From: Alloascoidea hylecoeti
Taxonomy: Eukaryota
Assembly: GCA_001600815.1 (NCBI GenBank)
Contig: BCKZ01000001.1
Span: 1,273,389 to 1,337,388, forward strand
DNA: 64,000 nt
Direction: 5' to 3'
The notes under the pieces were generated by a model, which made no database searches, was not told the origin of the DNA, and worked only from the letters and a program-made list of their open reading frames with translations. Below are positions 11,001-25,812 of the stretch, piece after piece. The first letter of the stretch is position 1. Every line of letters begins with the position of its first letter. The position numbers and the translations under genes are program-made.

Positions 11001-14000
11001 ATTCAGAATATATTAACTGACAGAACAGTTGAAGCTATAAATAAATGGTTAGATATTTTTCAGAAATCAGATATTTCGAAATCTCGTGGTAACACCAATA
11101 TTAATAGTAATGTTGGAGGTAATGAAAAAGATGATAAGTTTTCTTTAATTTCAGTACACGAACTTACGATTCAAGATCAAACAATATCTGTTTCACCACC
11201 ATTAGAGGATGCAAAAGTTAAATGGTTACTTAGTTTTCATTCAGTTGTTAATATAAGTAGATCACAAAATAGAATTGATTCAACAAAATATGATATAAAA
11301 CTTTCTGAATCTTCTGATAAAGGATTTCTAGAAATTTCAGAAATTTTAGCGGAGCAAATTTTTAAATCAATCGAAATCATTGAAACATATTTTACAAAAG
11401 CAGATCTTTACTTAAAGGAATGGTATCAATTTCAAAGTCTTTGGGATTTACAAATTTCGTCGATTGAAGAAGCATTAGGTGAAGATATTTCAAAATGGCT
11501 TCAGATTTTACAAGAAATTAGAAAAGCAAGACTTACCTTTGATACAATTGATATATCTAAATCTTTTGGCCCTTTAATCATTAATTATGAACAGGTGCAA
11601 TCTCGTGTTAATGCCAAATATGATGTTTGGCAACGTGATATTATAGTAAAGTTTGCTCAATTATTGGGTAATGCCATAAGAGAAACCGATGCTGAATTAT
11701 TGGTTGCTCGGGATGATTTAGAAAAAGCTATTATTGACCCTGTTTCAACGATCAGAACGGTAGAAGCGATTTCAAAAGTATATAAGGTTAAAGGTTTACT
11801 TCCTAGATGGGAACAACAATCCGGTGATTTCAAACAAGGTCAAAATACTCTTTCAAGGGCTAGGTTCTTTAAATTTGATATTGATTGGATGCATTGTGAT
11901 CAAGTTGTTGGCGATTATTCTGCAGTTAGTGAACTTGTATCTAAAAAACTATCTATTATTGAAAGTCAAATGGATGTTATTTCTAAAAAGATTGAAGAAG
12001 AAATTGTGAAGATTGATTCTAGTATTATTAAGTTAAAAGATTCTTGGTTATCCAAGAAACCTATTTCTGGAAATATAAAACCCGGTATTGCTCTTGGTAT
12101 ACTAAAAGATTTTGAAACAGCTGCGTCAAAAATTGAACATGAAAAACAAGCTGTTATTAATGCTACACAGGGTTTAATTATTCCTATATCTGTTAGAGAA
12201 TCATTGGTTGAACTTTTTAATGAATTAAAGGATTTGGAATCTGTTTGGATTTATCTTAATACATTAGACAAATCTATTACCGAAATTCGAGCGAAAAGAT
12301 TCCAAGATATTCTTCCAAGGTCTATTCGTACAGAAGTTGATGACTTATTAGCTTCCTGTCGATCTCTTCCTACAAGAATTCGTCAATATGATGCATTTTT
12401 ATATGTTTACAATAAGCTAAAAGCTTACCTAAAAACCATTTCTGCTTTATCAGGATTAAAGGGAATTAAAGATCGTCATTGGCAAAATATATTTTCTCAA
12501 TGTGCAAAATCAGTTCCTGATATCATTACATTGGGTGATGTTTGGGATATTGATCTAATATTAAATTCACAGCTTGTTAAAGATATTGTAGCAACCGCTG
12601 CAGGTGAACGAGCACTTGAAGAGTCGTTAGCACAGATTAACGCAGCATGGTCCTCGTTTGCCTTAGAATTATTCAGTTACGAGAATAAATGCCGTCTATT
12701 AAAAGGATGGGATATTTTATTCCAACAATGCAGTGACGATTTGAATGCACTGTCAGCTATGAATCATTCCCCTTATTTCAAGTTATTCAATGAAGATATC
12801 AAGAAATGGGAAGAAAGACTAAATAAAGTACATGTTCTATTTGATACTTGGATTGACGTTCAAAAACAGTGGGTCCATCTGGATGGTGTCTTTGGTGATA
12901 ATGCTGATATTAAGCGTCTGTTACCTGTTGAATCTTCTAGATTTCAAAATATCAGTACAGAATTGTTCATGATTTTGAAAAAGGTTTATAAGACACCTTT
13001 TGTCCTTGAAGTCTTGAATATTCCCGATATTCAGACGTCTATGGAAAGAATGTTGGATATACTAATTAAAATTCAAAAGGCCCTTGGGGATTATCTGGAA
13101 AAGCAACGGCAATCATTTCCTCGATTTTATTTTGTTGGCAATGAAGATTTGCTTGAGATTATTGGTAATTCAAAGGATGTCAGAAGAACAGAAAAACATT
13201 TACGAAAAATGTTTGCAGGTATTTCTGGTTTAGTACTAAATGATACAACTCTCACTATCGATGGTGTTTTATCAGATGAAGGAGAACAAATAAATATAAT
13301 GAGACCAATTTCATTACCAAAGTTGCATTTACCAAATCAATGGCTAGGTGCATTGGAAGAACAAACGAGAATTACCTTATCTGAATTATTAGGGACCGCA
13401 TTAGAAGACTTTAATACACTCTTTGAACAACCTGTGATTGAAGATGCTAGAATTATAGATTGGTTACAGAAGTACCCAGGTCAAATAATTGTTCTTTCTA
13501 CACAAGTGAATTGGACAAGACAAGTGGAAGATACATTCTCTACTTCTAATTTCTCTCAGCTGTCTGTGTTGGTTGAAAAATATGATCAATTATTAGCCAT
13601 TACAGCGAAAGCAGTACTTAAAAATATCACACCTCTAGATAGAAAAAAATTTGAAGTGTTGGTAGTTGAACTAATTCATCAAAAAAACATTATCGAAAAG
13701 CTAATTACCGAAAAAGTTGTTACAGCAGATAACCTTTTTTGGGATATCCAAATGAGATATGTTTTCAATGGGGGAGTTGATTACTTAGATAGATTGCAAG
13801 TACGTCAAGCTTCAACTGTTTTTAAATATGGATTTGAATACCTCGGTATTCCTGATAAGCTGGTTTATACTCCCCTCATTGACAAGTGCTTCTTAACAAT
13901 GACCCAAGCACTAGGGCAAAAGATGGGTGGATCTCCATTTGGACCCGCGGGGACAGGAAAAACAGAATCTATTAAAGCTTTAGGTCAAAACTTAGGAAAA

Positions 14001-17000
14001 CATGTTTTAGTTTTCTGTTGTGATGAGGCTTTTGACTATCAAGCTATGTGTCGTATTCTAATGGGTATATGTGAGGTTGGTACTTGGGGATGTTTTGATG
14101 AATTCAATCGTTTAGATGAAACTATTTTGAGCGCTGTGTCTTCTCAAATTGAACTTATTGAACTAAATATCAGCAGCTCTTCTAGTGAAATAGAACTTGC
14201 CGGTCGCCAAATCAATGTTCATAAAGATGTTGGAATCTTTGTGACTATGAATCCTGGATACGCTGGGAGATCTACTTTACCTGAGAATTTAAAGAAATTG
14301 TTCCGGTCAATATCTATGAAAACTCCAGATCAAACAGTTATCGCCGAAGTCATATTGTATACACAAGGATTTGTACACGCTGATAACCTTTCTTCCAAAT
14401 TGTCACCATTTTTTAGTACTTTGGAACAAAGAATGACAAAACAATTGCATTATGATTTTGGTTTGAGAGCATTGAAAAGTGTTTTAATGGCTTGTGGTTC
14501 TATCAAACGAAAAAAATTAGAACTTGGGTCAAAGCAGGATACCATTGAAGAAGAATCTCGAACTATTTTACAAAGTATACGTGAAACTATAGCCCCTAAA
14601 CTAATAGAAGAAGATATCATCATAATGGAAGAGGCCGAACAAGAATTTTTTGAAGGTATTGTGTGTGTACCAGTTGTTTCCCTTGATATTGACGTTCTTA
14701 AATCGGTGGCCACAGATGCCGGGTATCTTTCTACTGAAAGTTGGTTGCAGAAGGCCATTCAACTATACCAACTCCAACTTGTCCATCATGGTATAATGCT
14801 TGTGGGACAGTCGGGAACCGGAAAAACTGCCATTTGGAAGACCTTATTAAAAGCCTTAGACAACATTGACTCTAAGGAGAGTATTTCTTACGTTATCGAC
14901 TGTAAGGTAATGTCTAAAGATCTTCTATATGGCAGTCTTGATGCAACTACAAGGGATTGGAATGACGGCCTCTTTACCAGTATCTTACGTCGAATAAAGG
15001 AAAATCTTAGGGGTGAACTGCAAAAAAGAGTGTTTATTGTTTTTAATGGTGATGTGGATCCAAACTGGGTCGAGAATTTGAATTCTGTTTTAGATGATAA
15101 CAAGGTTCTCACACTCCCCAATGGTGAACGATTGTCAGTACCGAATAATATTAGATTGTTGTTTGAAGTAGATAGTCTGAAGTATGCTACCCCAGCTACA
15201 GTCAGTAGATGTGGAATGATATGGTTTCCAGAGTCATTAATCACCCCATCTATGTGTCTCCACCGATACATTGATAATCTTAAACATAATCAGTTAGAAA
15301 CACTCGAAGAGAATATATCTCTATCTACTTCTAATGTGGTAACCATGGAATTACAATCTGCGTATGCCAGGGAGGTGGAAATGGTCCTTACACATGAGTT
15401 ACTAGTGAGAGCTCTCAATTTTTCCAAAGATTTGCACCATATTATGGATTTNCATGATCGNCATAGTGTCGAAATGCTTTTTACAATGATTGATGTCTAC
15501 TGTCGAAAATTTGTTCTTTATTTCGTCGAATCTGGATCTTCATCCTATGAGGAAGTCTCNAAAGATTATGCTGCCAAATCTATTTTATTGAGTTTAACAT
15601 GGGCTTTTTCAGGTGATTGTCCCCTTGATGAAAGAAATGATTTTGGGCTTTTATTATTCNCTCTTCCTGNATTTTCAAATTATTCGCCTGGTGATGATAA
15701 TCTAATTGATTTTGATGTGTCNNTACCAGAGGCCTCATGGCAGATGTGGATCAGACAAGTTCCTCATACTGATCTTGAAACACATGCTATAACGCAACCA
15801 GATATTATTGTCCCAACTTTAGATACTGTTAGACATGAAGATTTGATTTATGGTATTCTTAATGATCATAAACCGGTGCTTCTTTGCGGTCCGCCTGGTT
15901 CTGGTAAAACAATGACATTATTTGGAGCATTAAGAAAGTCACCAACTCTTGAAATGGTTGGATTAAACTTCTCAAAAACCACTTCACCGGATTCTATCAT
16001 CAAAACCTTGGAACAGTATTGTAAATATAAGAAGACTCCCCAGGGTATTACGCTTTCACCGACACTAATTGGAAAATGGCTAGTTTTATTTTGTGATGAA
16101 ATCAATCTACCAGCTCCTGATAAATATGGTACACAGAAGGTAATATCTTTCATAAGGCAGCTTATAGAACAGCAAGGATTTTGGAGACCTAAAGATAAAC
16201 AGTGGGTCTCAATCTCAAGAGTACAAATTGTTGGTGCATGTAATCCTCCAACTGATGCAGGGAGATCAACATTAAGTCTGAGATTCTTACGACATTGCTC
16301 GCTTATTATGGTTGACTATCCTGGTGAAACCTCTCTTCGACAAATATATGAAACCTTCAATAATGCTGTACTAAAGTGTGTCCCTAGATTAAGAGGTTAT
16401 GCTGCACCATTAACTAATGCGATGGTTGAATTTTATATGAGATCCCGTCAAAGATTCACCCCGGATATGCGATCTCACTACATCTACAGTCCCCGTGAAC
16501 TTACAAGATGGGTCCGAGCTATATATGAAGCAATTAAACCACTTGAGGATATGTCTCTGGAACAATTGGTCCGTCTTTGGGCACACGAGGCTCTAAGATT
16601 GTTTTACGATAGATTAGTCAAGGATGAAGAAAAGAATTGGACTTCGGAGTTAGTTAATCAGATTGCAATGGAAAATTTCCCCAATATTGATCACCTTGAA
16701 GCTCTAAGACGACCTATACTTTACTCTGATTGGACAAGCAATTACTATATTCCTGTGGATCAAGAAGAGTTAAGGGTTTTTGTAAAAGAAAGATTGAGAG
16801 TATTTTCAGAAGAAGAATTAGAAGTTTCATTAGTTCTATTTGATGATGCCCTTGACCATATTTTAAGAATTGATAGGGTTTTAAGGCAGCCACAGGGCCA
16901 TATGATTTTAATTGGCGCTAGTAGTAGTGGTAAAACTACTTTTGCAAGATTTGTTTCTTGGATGAACGGTCTTAAAGTTGTGCAACTTAATGTTCATAGG

Positions 17001-20000
17001 AAATATACAATTCAAGATTTTGATTCTTCGTTGAGAGATATTTTAAAGCGATCTGGCATACATGGTGAACGAATTTGTTTNATAATTGATGAGTCAAACA
17101 TCATGGATACAGCTTTTATTGAAAGAATGAATACCACCCTTCTTGCTAATGCAGAAATCCCTGGCTTATTCGAAGGAGATGAATATGTAGCATTGATAAA
17201 CGCTTGTAAAGATGAGGCACAAGCTCAAGGTCTTTTACTTGAATCTCAGGAAGAGCTATACAGATGGTTTACCCAACAAATTGTTCAAAATATTCATGTT
17301 ATTTTCACAATGGATACTCCTGAAAATAATTCTTCACCTCAAATTATTTCTTCCCCCGCTTTATTCAATCGATGTGTCTTAAATTGGATGGGAACATGGT
17401 CCAATAATTCTTTATTCCAAGTTGCTGCAACCAAAATTAACACAGTTGCAATTGATAAGACAGATTTTGTTGCTCCCAACATGGTATCAAATCTTTCCAA
17501 TTACCCACTTAGTACATATAGGGATGCCATTGTTAATGCTACTGTCTTCATTCATCGTTCGGTCAAGGCTATTGTTGCCCAAAGAATAGAAAAGGATGGT
17601 CAAAGTTTATATATCAAGGAAAGTCCAGGCTACTTTTTGGAATTTATTGAGAAGTTGAAGGAAATATATCTTAAAAATAGTGAACAATTGGAAGCATTGC
17701 AAGGAAGAACAATATCCGGCCTGAGAATTTTTAAGACACATTTCTTAGAAATTAAAAATCTGAAAAATACGTTGATGACTCAGAAACAGTCGCTCAAAGT
17801 AAAAACTGATGAAGCAGAAAACCTTCTTCGACAAATGATCACCGATCAAAATGAGGCAGAAAGAAAACAACAGAAATCAGTTAATATCAGGATTTCATTA
17901 AAAGAACAAGAAGAAATTATATCTGCTCGCAAAGATTCTGCATTGAGAGAGTTAGAAATGGTTGAGCCTGCGATTATCGAAGCTCAAAAAGGTGTTAAGA
18001 ACATCAAAAAACAGCATCTACAAGAAATAAGAACGATGTCCAATCCTCCCGAAGCCGTTAAATTGGCTATGGAATCGATTTGTACTATCATGGGTCATCG
18101 TGCTTATACATGGAGAGATGTCCAATCAATAATTCGTCGTGATGATTTTATATCTAATATTGTAAATTTTGATAATCAATCACAGCTCACACCTCAAATC
18201 CGCTCTATTATGGAAAGAGATTATATATCCAAGCCGCAATACAATTATGAGATGGTTAATAAAGCAAGTAAGGCATGTGGTCCTTTAGTTCAGTGGGTTG
18301 AAGCACAGATCAACTATGCCTCTATATTAAATAGAGTCCAACCATTAAGAGATGAGGTTTCTCTACTTGAAAAAGAGACTAAACAAACCAAATCGCAATT
18401 GATTGCTATTCAGGAGATGATTGCTGAATTACAAAAGAGTATTGAAAAGTACAAAGATGACTATGGATTATTAATTAGTGAAACTGAAAAAATTAAAATG
18501 GAAATGAATTCTATTGAAGGTAAAGTTGGTAGGAGTATGCAACTAATGGAAAATTTGTCCGGAGAAAAATCAAGATGGGCCTCTAGTATTCGGGAATTCG
18601 ATCAAAAAAGAGATCACTTAGTTGGTGAATCTATTCTTTCTGCTGCTTTTGTTACATATTGTGGTTATTATGATCAATCTATGAGAGCTCAATTATCACA
18701 TGTTTGGCAGCAATTTTTGAAAACTTCAAATATTCCCTTTGGTGAGAATTGGAATGTTGTTAATACTTTATCTACCGCGGAAGAGAATCTGAAATGGCAA
18801 GAAAATGGATTACCTAATGATGAACTTTTCATTCAAAACGTCATCATGCTAGAGAAATCTAACAAATATCCATTTATAATTGATCCTACTGGACAAATTC
18901 TAGATCTTATCTCAAATTTGAATAATCAACATAAACTTATTGTTACTAGTTTCTTGGATGATGGGTTCGCAAAACATCTCGAAAATGCTTTAAGATTTGG
19001 AAGCACTATCGTCATTCAAGATGCAGAACATTTAGACCCAATTATCAGCAGAATTCTCAGTAAAGAATTTCAAAAATCTGGTGGACGAGTATTAGTTAAA
19101 CTTGGTAAACAGGACATTGATTATTCTCCAAATTTCAAGATGTACCTTTTAGCAAAGGATCCAACATTACGTATTCCATCTCATATATCCAGCCGAACAG
19201 CAGTTGTTAACTTCACAATCACAAAAAGCAGTCTTGAGGCTCAGATCTTACAAAAATCATTAATGTTTGAAAAACCGGAGATTGAAAATAAAAGAAGAGA
19301 AATTATTAAATTACAAGGTGAATATAAGGTTCATTTGACCCAATTGGAAGATAAATTGTTGACATTATTATCTACTTCAGATGGAAATATTTTAGATAAT
19401 GATGATTTAATGACAACCCTAGAAACACTAAAGGTTGAATCTAAGGAAATTGAGAAGAAGATGAGTGAAGTTAGTATCATCATGGAGAATGTAGATGAAA
19501 CCCTCAACATCTATCGTCCACTTGCTCTTAATTGCACCTTATTATTTTCTCTCCTTGATAATCTGAAATCTATAAACAAGATTTATCAATTCTCATTGAA
19601 TTATTTTATATCTGTTTTTGATTATGTTATTAAAAGTCCTCACACTTCCGAAAATGAGAATATCAGAGTTGAATCTCTCATTATAGAAATGTACCGTGAA
19701 GTATTTTCAAGAACAGCTCTTTCTTTACTCCATAAAGATAGGTTGCTATTAGCTTTATGTCTGTTTTATTTGTTTAATCATCATAAATTTGGAAGCGAGT
19801 TCAAAGAGAAATTTGATAAGATCTTCAGAACATTATCGGTTGAAGAAATTACAGAAGATGAATTGGGTGATGCCTTAAGAGAAATTACTGATGAGAGTGT
19901 CACTATGGCACAAGATTATAACGAAGAAAGATTTGCAGAAAACCATAGACAACCCATTTTTAAAACACTTCAGCCAGCTATAACGGCATTGTCTAAGGCT

Positions 20001-21141
20001 TTGGATTCGCCTGAATCACTTTTAGATTCAATTCCCCTATTGTGTAACTCTCTTCTTAACAAGTCATCAATTCATTCTACAAAGTATGATTTATCCGATA
20101 TTGTGAATGATCAAGTTGAACCATCAACACCAATTATTTTGTCATCGCCAACTGGATATGACGCGAGTTTTAAAGTGGAAAGTTTAGCCAAACTAAAAGG
20201 CATTAATCTTACAATTGTTGCAATGGGATCACAGGAGGGTATACAAACCGCTAATAAGGCACTACAAAAAACTGCCAAAGAAGGCGGTTGGGTAATGTTA
20301 CAAAATATTCAAATGTCACCTCTTTGGTTGAATTACCTAGAAAAACAAATCAGTTCATTATTCCCTCACCCAATGTTTAGATTATTCTTAACCTCAGATA
20401 TTGGTTCTATAATTCCGAGTACATTGCTCCGTACATCAAGGGTTTTGGTATATGAAAATACTCCAGGTATTCGAGCTAGTGTTTTAGAGAGTTTCAAAGG
20501 TATTAAAAAAGAAAAATTCTCTGAAAATCCTTTAGAGAGGAAGCATCTTTACTTCTTGCTTTCTTGGCTGCATGGTATTATTCAAGAACGTTTACGTTTT
20601 GTACCTATAGGTTGGACAAAAGCACACGAATTTAATGATGCTGATTTTGAAGTCAGTGTATCAATAATTGATAAATATATTAATCGTATTTCACAGAACA
20701 GAACCAATATTCCTCCTGAATCAATCCCATGGGAAACCTTGCAATACCTTATTGGAGAAATATCATATGGTGGACGTGTTGATGATACATCAGATTTAAA
20801 TATTCTAAGTTCCCTTGTTAAATCAATTTTTAGCCCTCATTCTTTTGATATTAATTTTAATCTTATATCAAATCCAGTAACAGAAAGAGATAATAATGAA
20901 CTTATTATTCCTGAAGCTAGATCAAGGGAAGATTATGAAACTTGGATTGCCAAGCTACCGGATCATGAACCTCCAGCATGGCTTTCGTTAGAAAATGATA
21001 CAGAGAAAGTTATGAGTGTTTTAGAAGGTAAGTTAATATTTTTTCAACTTTTCTTATATCTGTCAACTTTACTAACTATTTTTCACTATAGGTCGAAGAT
21101 TGGCTTCTTCAGCGTTAAATATGCTATTGGATATAAAATGA
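8096..21141 (+). CDS. DYN1: Cytoplasmic dynein heavy chain, about 4286 aa; exons 8096-8375, 8433-9800, 9865-21027, 21092-21141
   Basis: P-loops GPAGTGKT (AAA1), [24 protein letters not shown]; motifs [24 protein letters not shown]; stalk coiled coil. Three GT..CTAAY..TAG introns join ORFs 8078, 8489 and 9930 in frame (12861 nt total). Confidence 0.97.
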
Positions 21142-21393
21142 TGTTTTAACTAATGAGTAGTATAGTATTTTGTTTATGTTAATTTATGTTTACATTGTTT
21201 AGTTTTACAATGTCGTAGTACATTTCAGCATCACTAAGTAACTATGAGAATCATAATTTTGTGCATAACAAACACAAAACTTTCAGGCAAAAACAAATGA
21301 CTGATCAATGAGGAAGGATTTCGTTTTTTTTGTTTAGCATCTTGCAATTGCTGATTTTTAATAATTAAAAGATATATATCTGGATCGGATATA

Positions 21394-23793
21394 ATGCGAA
21401 GAAATGGGTTGCCTTTTGTAATATATAAAAGGTTATATCTACTTAATAAGACTGAAATCCACCAATCAAATGTTTTGCGAAGGCAGCCCCCATTAAACCT
21501 GGGTTTAAGACAACAAATTATAGATAGAGCAGTATTAATATCATTAAGGGAGATTAGAAATTATTCGACGAAGGCTGATAGTCATGAAATGCTAATAGAT
21601 GATTATCAATGGTTTAAAGATGATTATCCAAACCCAATGGATCCAGAAAGTGATTTAACATTAAGACTTGAAATAAAATCGCCTGATATTCCAAAAGAAT
21701 TAAATTCTACAAATAAACTATTAAAAATTATAACTGGCTCGGTTATAAGATCAGTTATTGATTTAGATAAAGAGTTTGCAAAAGAAAAAATCATAAAAGA
21801 TATATCGCGATCAAATAAATTCAACGATCAATCGAATGTATACTTACTACTAGATGATTTAATAAATTCAAGAAGAACGAATGACTTTATTGAAGTAATT
21901 CGATCAAAAGAAGATTATGGCATCGATCTAACCAATACTGAATTTGAATCGTTAATGGAAAAACTTCAAAAGGGACATTATTTTAAACTTTCATTAATTC
22001 TATTCAATTCTCTTAATACCAGTAAATTAACAGTTCAGTTAAAATGGTTAGAGTATCTGTTAAGATCATCCTATAAAATAAAATCATATCTTGATTACGA
22101 AAAAATATTTTTGAAATATATGAATATTAAAGAATACAATCTATCGCCGAAATTCTACTCGTGGGCAATTGAATCATATATTAAGACAAGTCAAATTACA
22201 GTTGCGGGAGAATTGTTTAATAAAATTCTAAATGATTCACCAGAAAAATGTAAAATTCATAAAATCTTAACTGAGTATATGAAAGGTTTATTTTATTACT
22301 CGAAAGATTATAAATTGATGAAATCAGCTTTTAATAAGTGGTATTTAAAAGGATTACCAATACACGATTTAGTATATGGTTTATTATTAAGGGGATGTTA
22401 TTTCTGGGGGACAACCGAGGAAAAAGAAGAATTGAACAAACTTTTGGTAAAAGAGAATAAGCTTGATAATGTTTATGTTGAAACTGTTCGGATGGAACGA
22501 TTAATAATAGGGAAAGATTTTGAAACAGCATTAACACTCTTAAAAAAATTACGAGAGGAGCAATTAAAAATTGATACAGATGAAAATAAATATATTTTAC
22601 ATGAAATTTATAGATGTTTTTGGAAGGTTCTTGCCAAAGACGCTAATAGTGAGCATATTATTGAAGTTCTACAACTAATGAATGATGATAAGTGTATGGA
22701 GGATCGGATTATTCAATTATCGGTAACAAGATATTTTGCAAAACAGGGTGACATAAACGCTTTGATTGATTTTTGTTCAACCCTAAATTTGGATAATAAA
22801 GAAAATTTTATAGGTCTGGCACAAGAAATATGGAAAACATATATTAAGAAATATCCAACACATGCCTTGCAAACTACAAAAAAGTTGAAAAGAGAATATT
22901 TAAATAATAATGATATCGGGATTAAAGATATGTTTAGAGTTGTTAAAAATATAAGACTTTCAACAAAAACATCTTCGAAATATAATGAATTACACCCAGA
23001 GTTAAGAAACAATATTGGTAAATTAAAGTATATAATTCAGGAAGAATTAAAAAAGTCCAATGGTAAGCAATTAGAAGTTATTCATGGCATGATAAGATTG
23101 GGTATAAAACCAGACAACTCGATGCTCTTAAATCTCGCTGATTACTATAAATTTCAGTATTACAATAAACCCGAAAGGTGTATTGAAGCTGAACAATTGT
23201 ATAAAATAGTTAAAGAAAATAATCTTACAAAATTTCCAAAGTTAAGCACTGAAATCTCTGAGGCAAAGGCTTTGGTTGATGAACTGCATAGAACAGAGAT
23301 GAATAAAATAATAAAAGAAGAAAATTTTAGTAGATTATTCACCAATATTTCATCATCTCTGATATCAAATAATTATTTCGATTTTACAGCTAGTCAACTA
23401 ATTAGATTAGCTTTCTTAACTCTAAGGTTACAGCAACCAAAATATTCAATGGATTTGGTTAAAAGAGCTATTACAGTTAGAGGGGGGGATATGATATTAA
23501 TCGATTATTATGTTCTTTCGAAAATATACCGTTCTTTAAAGAATTATGACATGTATTTTAAAGTTCTTGAAGAATTGTTTAAAAGTGATACTTATGTATA
23601 TCCATACTTTGCAAAGGAACTTTCAGAAGCGAAATTTGTTTTTACGAAACAAGAAATGTTCAAAGAATTAAAGACTTTAGATTATATTTATAAATTATAC
23701 TATAAAAAGGTAAATAAACAAAAAATGGAGGAAAGAAAGGATCAAAATTCCTTCTTGGAATTTTTTGGAAAACATTGGGAGAAGGAGAAGTAA
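21394..23793 (+). CDS. Probable mitochondrial PPR-like helical-repeat protein (mRNA translation or stability factor), 799 aa
   Basis: Basic presequence-like N-terminus ending in RNYST. PPR-like segments FYSWAIESYIKTSQITVAGELFNKI, VYGLLLRGC and MIRLGIKPDN. The specific ortholog is not identifiable. Confidence 0.6.
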   Translation: MRRNGLPFVIYKRLYLLNKTEIHQSNVLRRQPPLNLGLRQQIIDRAVLISLREIRNYSTKADSHEMLIDDYQWFKDDYPNPMDPESDLTLRLEIKSPDIPKELNSTNKLLKIITGSVIRSVIDLDKEFAKEKIIKDISRSNKFNDQSNVYLLLDDLINSRRTNDFIEVIRSKEDYGIDLTNTEFESLMEKLQKGHYFKLSLILFNSLNTSKLTVQLKWLEYLLRSSYKIKSYLDYEKIFLKYMNIKEYNLSPKFYSWAIESYIKTSQITVAGELFNKILNDSPEKCKIHKILTEYMKGLFYYSKDYKLMKSAFNKWYLKGLPIHDLVYGLLLRGCYFWGTTEEKEELNKLLVKENKLDNVYVETVRMERLIIGKDFETALTLLKKLREEQLKIDTDENKYILHEIYRCFWKVLAKDANSEHIIEVLQLMNDDKCMEDRIIQLSVTRYFAKQGDINALIDFCSTLNLDNKENFIGLAQEIWKTYIKKYPTHALQTTKKLKREYLNNNDIGIKDMFRVVKNIRLSTKTSSKYNELHPELRNNIGKLKYIIQEELKKSNGKQLEVIHGMIRLGIKPDNSMLLNLADYYKFQYYNKPERCIEAEQLYKIVKENNLTKFPKLSTEISEAKALVDELHRTEMNKIIKEENFSRLFTNISSSLISNNYFDFTASQLIRLAFLTLRLQQPKYSMDLVKRAITVRGGDMILIDYYVLSKIYRSLKNYDMYFKVLEELFKSDTYVYPYFAKELSEAKFVFTKQEMFKELKTLDYIYKLYYKKVNKQKMEERKDQNSFLEFFGKHWEKEK

Positions 23794-24214
23794 GCAGATC
23801 TTATTTTTTCTATGATGTATATAGACTTTTAGTGTTGGTAAAATAATTCTATAAATATAGCCATTTAATATACAATATGTTAGATTTACTTAATGCAATA
23901 AAGAATAAATTCTAATAAAGGTCATAAAGATCATCCAGATTAATGAAGGTGATATAAGAGGAAGTTTAACCTATTTATATACTAATCTATTCAGTGATTC
24001 CAGACTTAGATAAATCTAGACTTGATACAATGAGATGATAGAGATTGTAAGGGTATCTAACAATGAAAAGTTGAAGTTGGTTTTGTACTACTTGGTGAGT
24101 GCCAATTTTTGCTATTTCACGTATTCCAAATATGCATCAAAAATTCCAAAGATGTTAGGTTGCTAGGATATGCCAGTAATTACTCGTTTTTTTTTTGTAT
24201 CCCACCAATTAACA

Positions 24215-25812
24215 ATGTCAACAGAAGATCCAGGAGAGTCAGAAACACACAACACACCTCTAAATGAAAAGATCAGTGGCATCCCAAAAGAAAAAATCAA
24301 GTCCATTTCTATTGTGAATGAGATTGTTGACGATACCCTTCTTTATAACACGATACTGACGGCTGTATGTATACACACCTTCACTCATGGCCATGAGCTA
24401 ACAATATTGTAGAACCCAGAAGTTCAAAAAGGATTAGTTGCAAACTTTCTAAAATTTTTTACAAGTTGTGTCATTTGTCAAGAACCAATGTATTCTCCTT
24501 TTGTTACAGGATGCGGTCACACTTTTTGCTATGATGTAGGTATCATGATAATCTTTTGATCTTATTTCAATCTTATTTTGTGACTAACAATTAATACAGT
24601 GTATATTAGGTTGGTTAGAACGAAATAAAAAATGTCCTGTCTGTCGAGCGAAAATATCATCCAAACCGGTCTTAAATGTAAAGGTTTGTATTTAATCTAT
24701 TTAATCTATTTACTCCATGTCGTTATGCATACAACAAAATTTGCTAATATTTTATAATCATGATTAATTAGATAATGGAAATGACAAACATGTTAGTTGA
24801 AACTGCACTTAAACAAAGTGACGAAAAAAAAGGAAAAGATATATTAAATGAAAAAGAAGAAGCCATAAAAACATATAGACAGCATGAAATACGAGGAGAA
24901 CTATTTCAAAATATCTTTTCAGACGGTACTACTTATGTTGATCCAGATGATAATATACGAAGATGCTCACATTGTCACTGGGAAGTTAATGGGACGATGT
25001 GTATTAACTGTGGCTTAGAATTTGATAGAGATTCTAATAGCGAAAGAGATAATGATGATGAAGAAGATGATGATGATAGTGAGAGGGATGAAAGTATGGA
25101 TGATACAGAACTTCTTAATCAATTCGCAAGAATAGGAGGGGGTATAGTGTTCGAAGATGGTTTTTCCGGTTATGATGAGAGCGATTCAGATGGTGTAGGT
25201 TCATTTATCGATGATGAATCAATAAGAGAAACAGGAAGGGATTCTGACGAATCGTCTAATAATAGTATAATTAATACTATGGGAGATGTTGCGATAGATA
25301 TTTCAGAAGTCGGAGAAAGTTGGCTGGATCAACATGATGATGATGACGATGAATATAATAATCAGAGTTCTGACGGTGGTATGCATATCATTCAGATGGG
25401 CCCAGATGTAAGTTTTGAGGAAATTGATTCCGATCGAAGCTCAACTCAAGAAGTAGACGATGAAAGTGATGCCCCCGTTTATGACATTTCTCACGAAGAG
25501 CATGAGCATTATCATGAGCCAGATGATGATGACGATATTCTAGTTACAAGATCAAGGTATAACAGGAGAATCATCCATGTTAAAAATGATGATAGTTCAA
25601 ATGATTCAGAAGAAGAACAACCCACTAACTCAGCTGGAAATAGCTCAGATGAAAATATAGATGGAACTAGTGGACCTTCTAGCTATGGGGTTATAGATAA
25701 TGCTAATGCTGTTGAACGCGTAGGAAGTCCGAGCGAAAGTGCAAACAATCGACGAGCAAAAAGAAGGATGCACAGAGGAAGGATTTCAAACTTCTTTCGA
25801 ACACGGTCATGA
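24215..25812 (+). CDS. PSH1: C3HC4 RING E3 ubiquitin ligase, Psh1-like, about 465 aa; exons 24215-24364, 24413-24535, 24600-24683, 24772-25812
   Basis: Spliced RING CVICQEPMYSPFVTGCGHTFCYD/CILGWLERNKKCPVCR, a second zinc motif RRCSHCHWEVNGTMCINCG and a long acidic tail match the Psh1 architecture. All three introns are phase 0. Confidence 0.8.

Noticed and set aside
12880..13100. Possible CUG codon reassignment (Ser or Ala)
   Set aside because: CTG sits at conserved Leu positions: dynein QWVH-L-DGVF and DY-L-EKQR, Sok1 EI-L-KNPQ, Mdh LS-L-YD. This fits the standard code.
15450..17145. X residues and an extra Thr ([10 protein letters not shown]) in the dynein motor domain
   Set aside because: They coincide with N bases in a low-quality consensus segment; most likely an assembly artefact, not pseudogenisation.
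21028..21149. Hydrophobic TM-like dynein C-terminus in the ORF track
   Set aside because: It is read-through of an intron (GTAAGT..TACTAAC..TAG, 21028-21091). The real end is [16 protein letters not shown], and a short C-terminus is normal for fungal dyneins.
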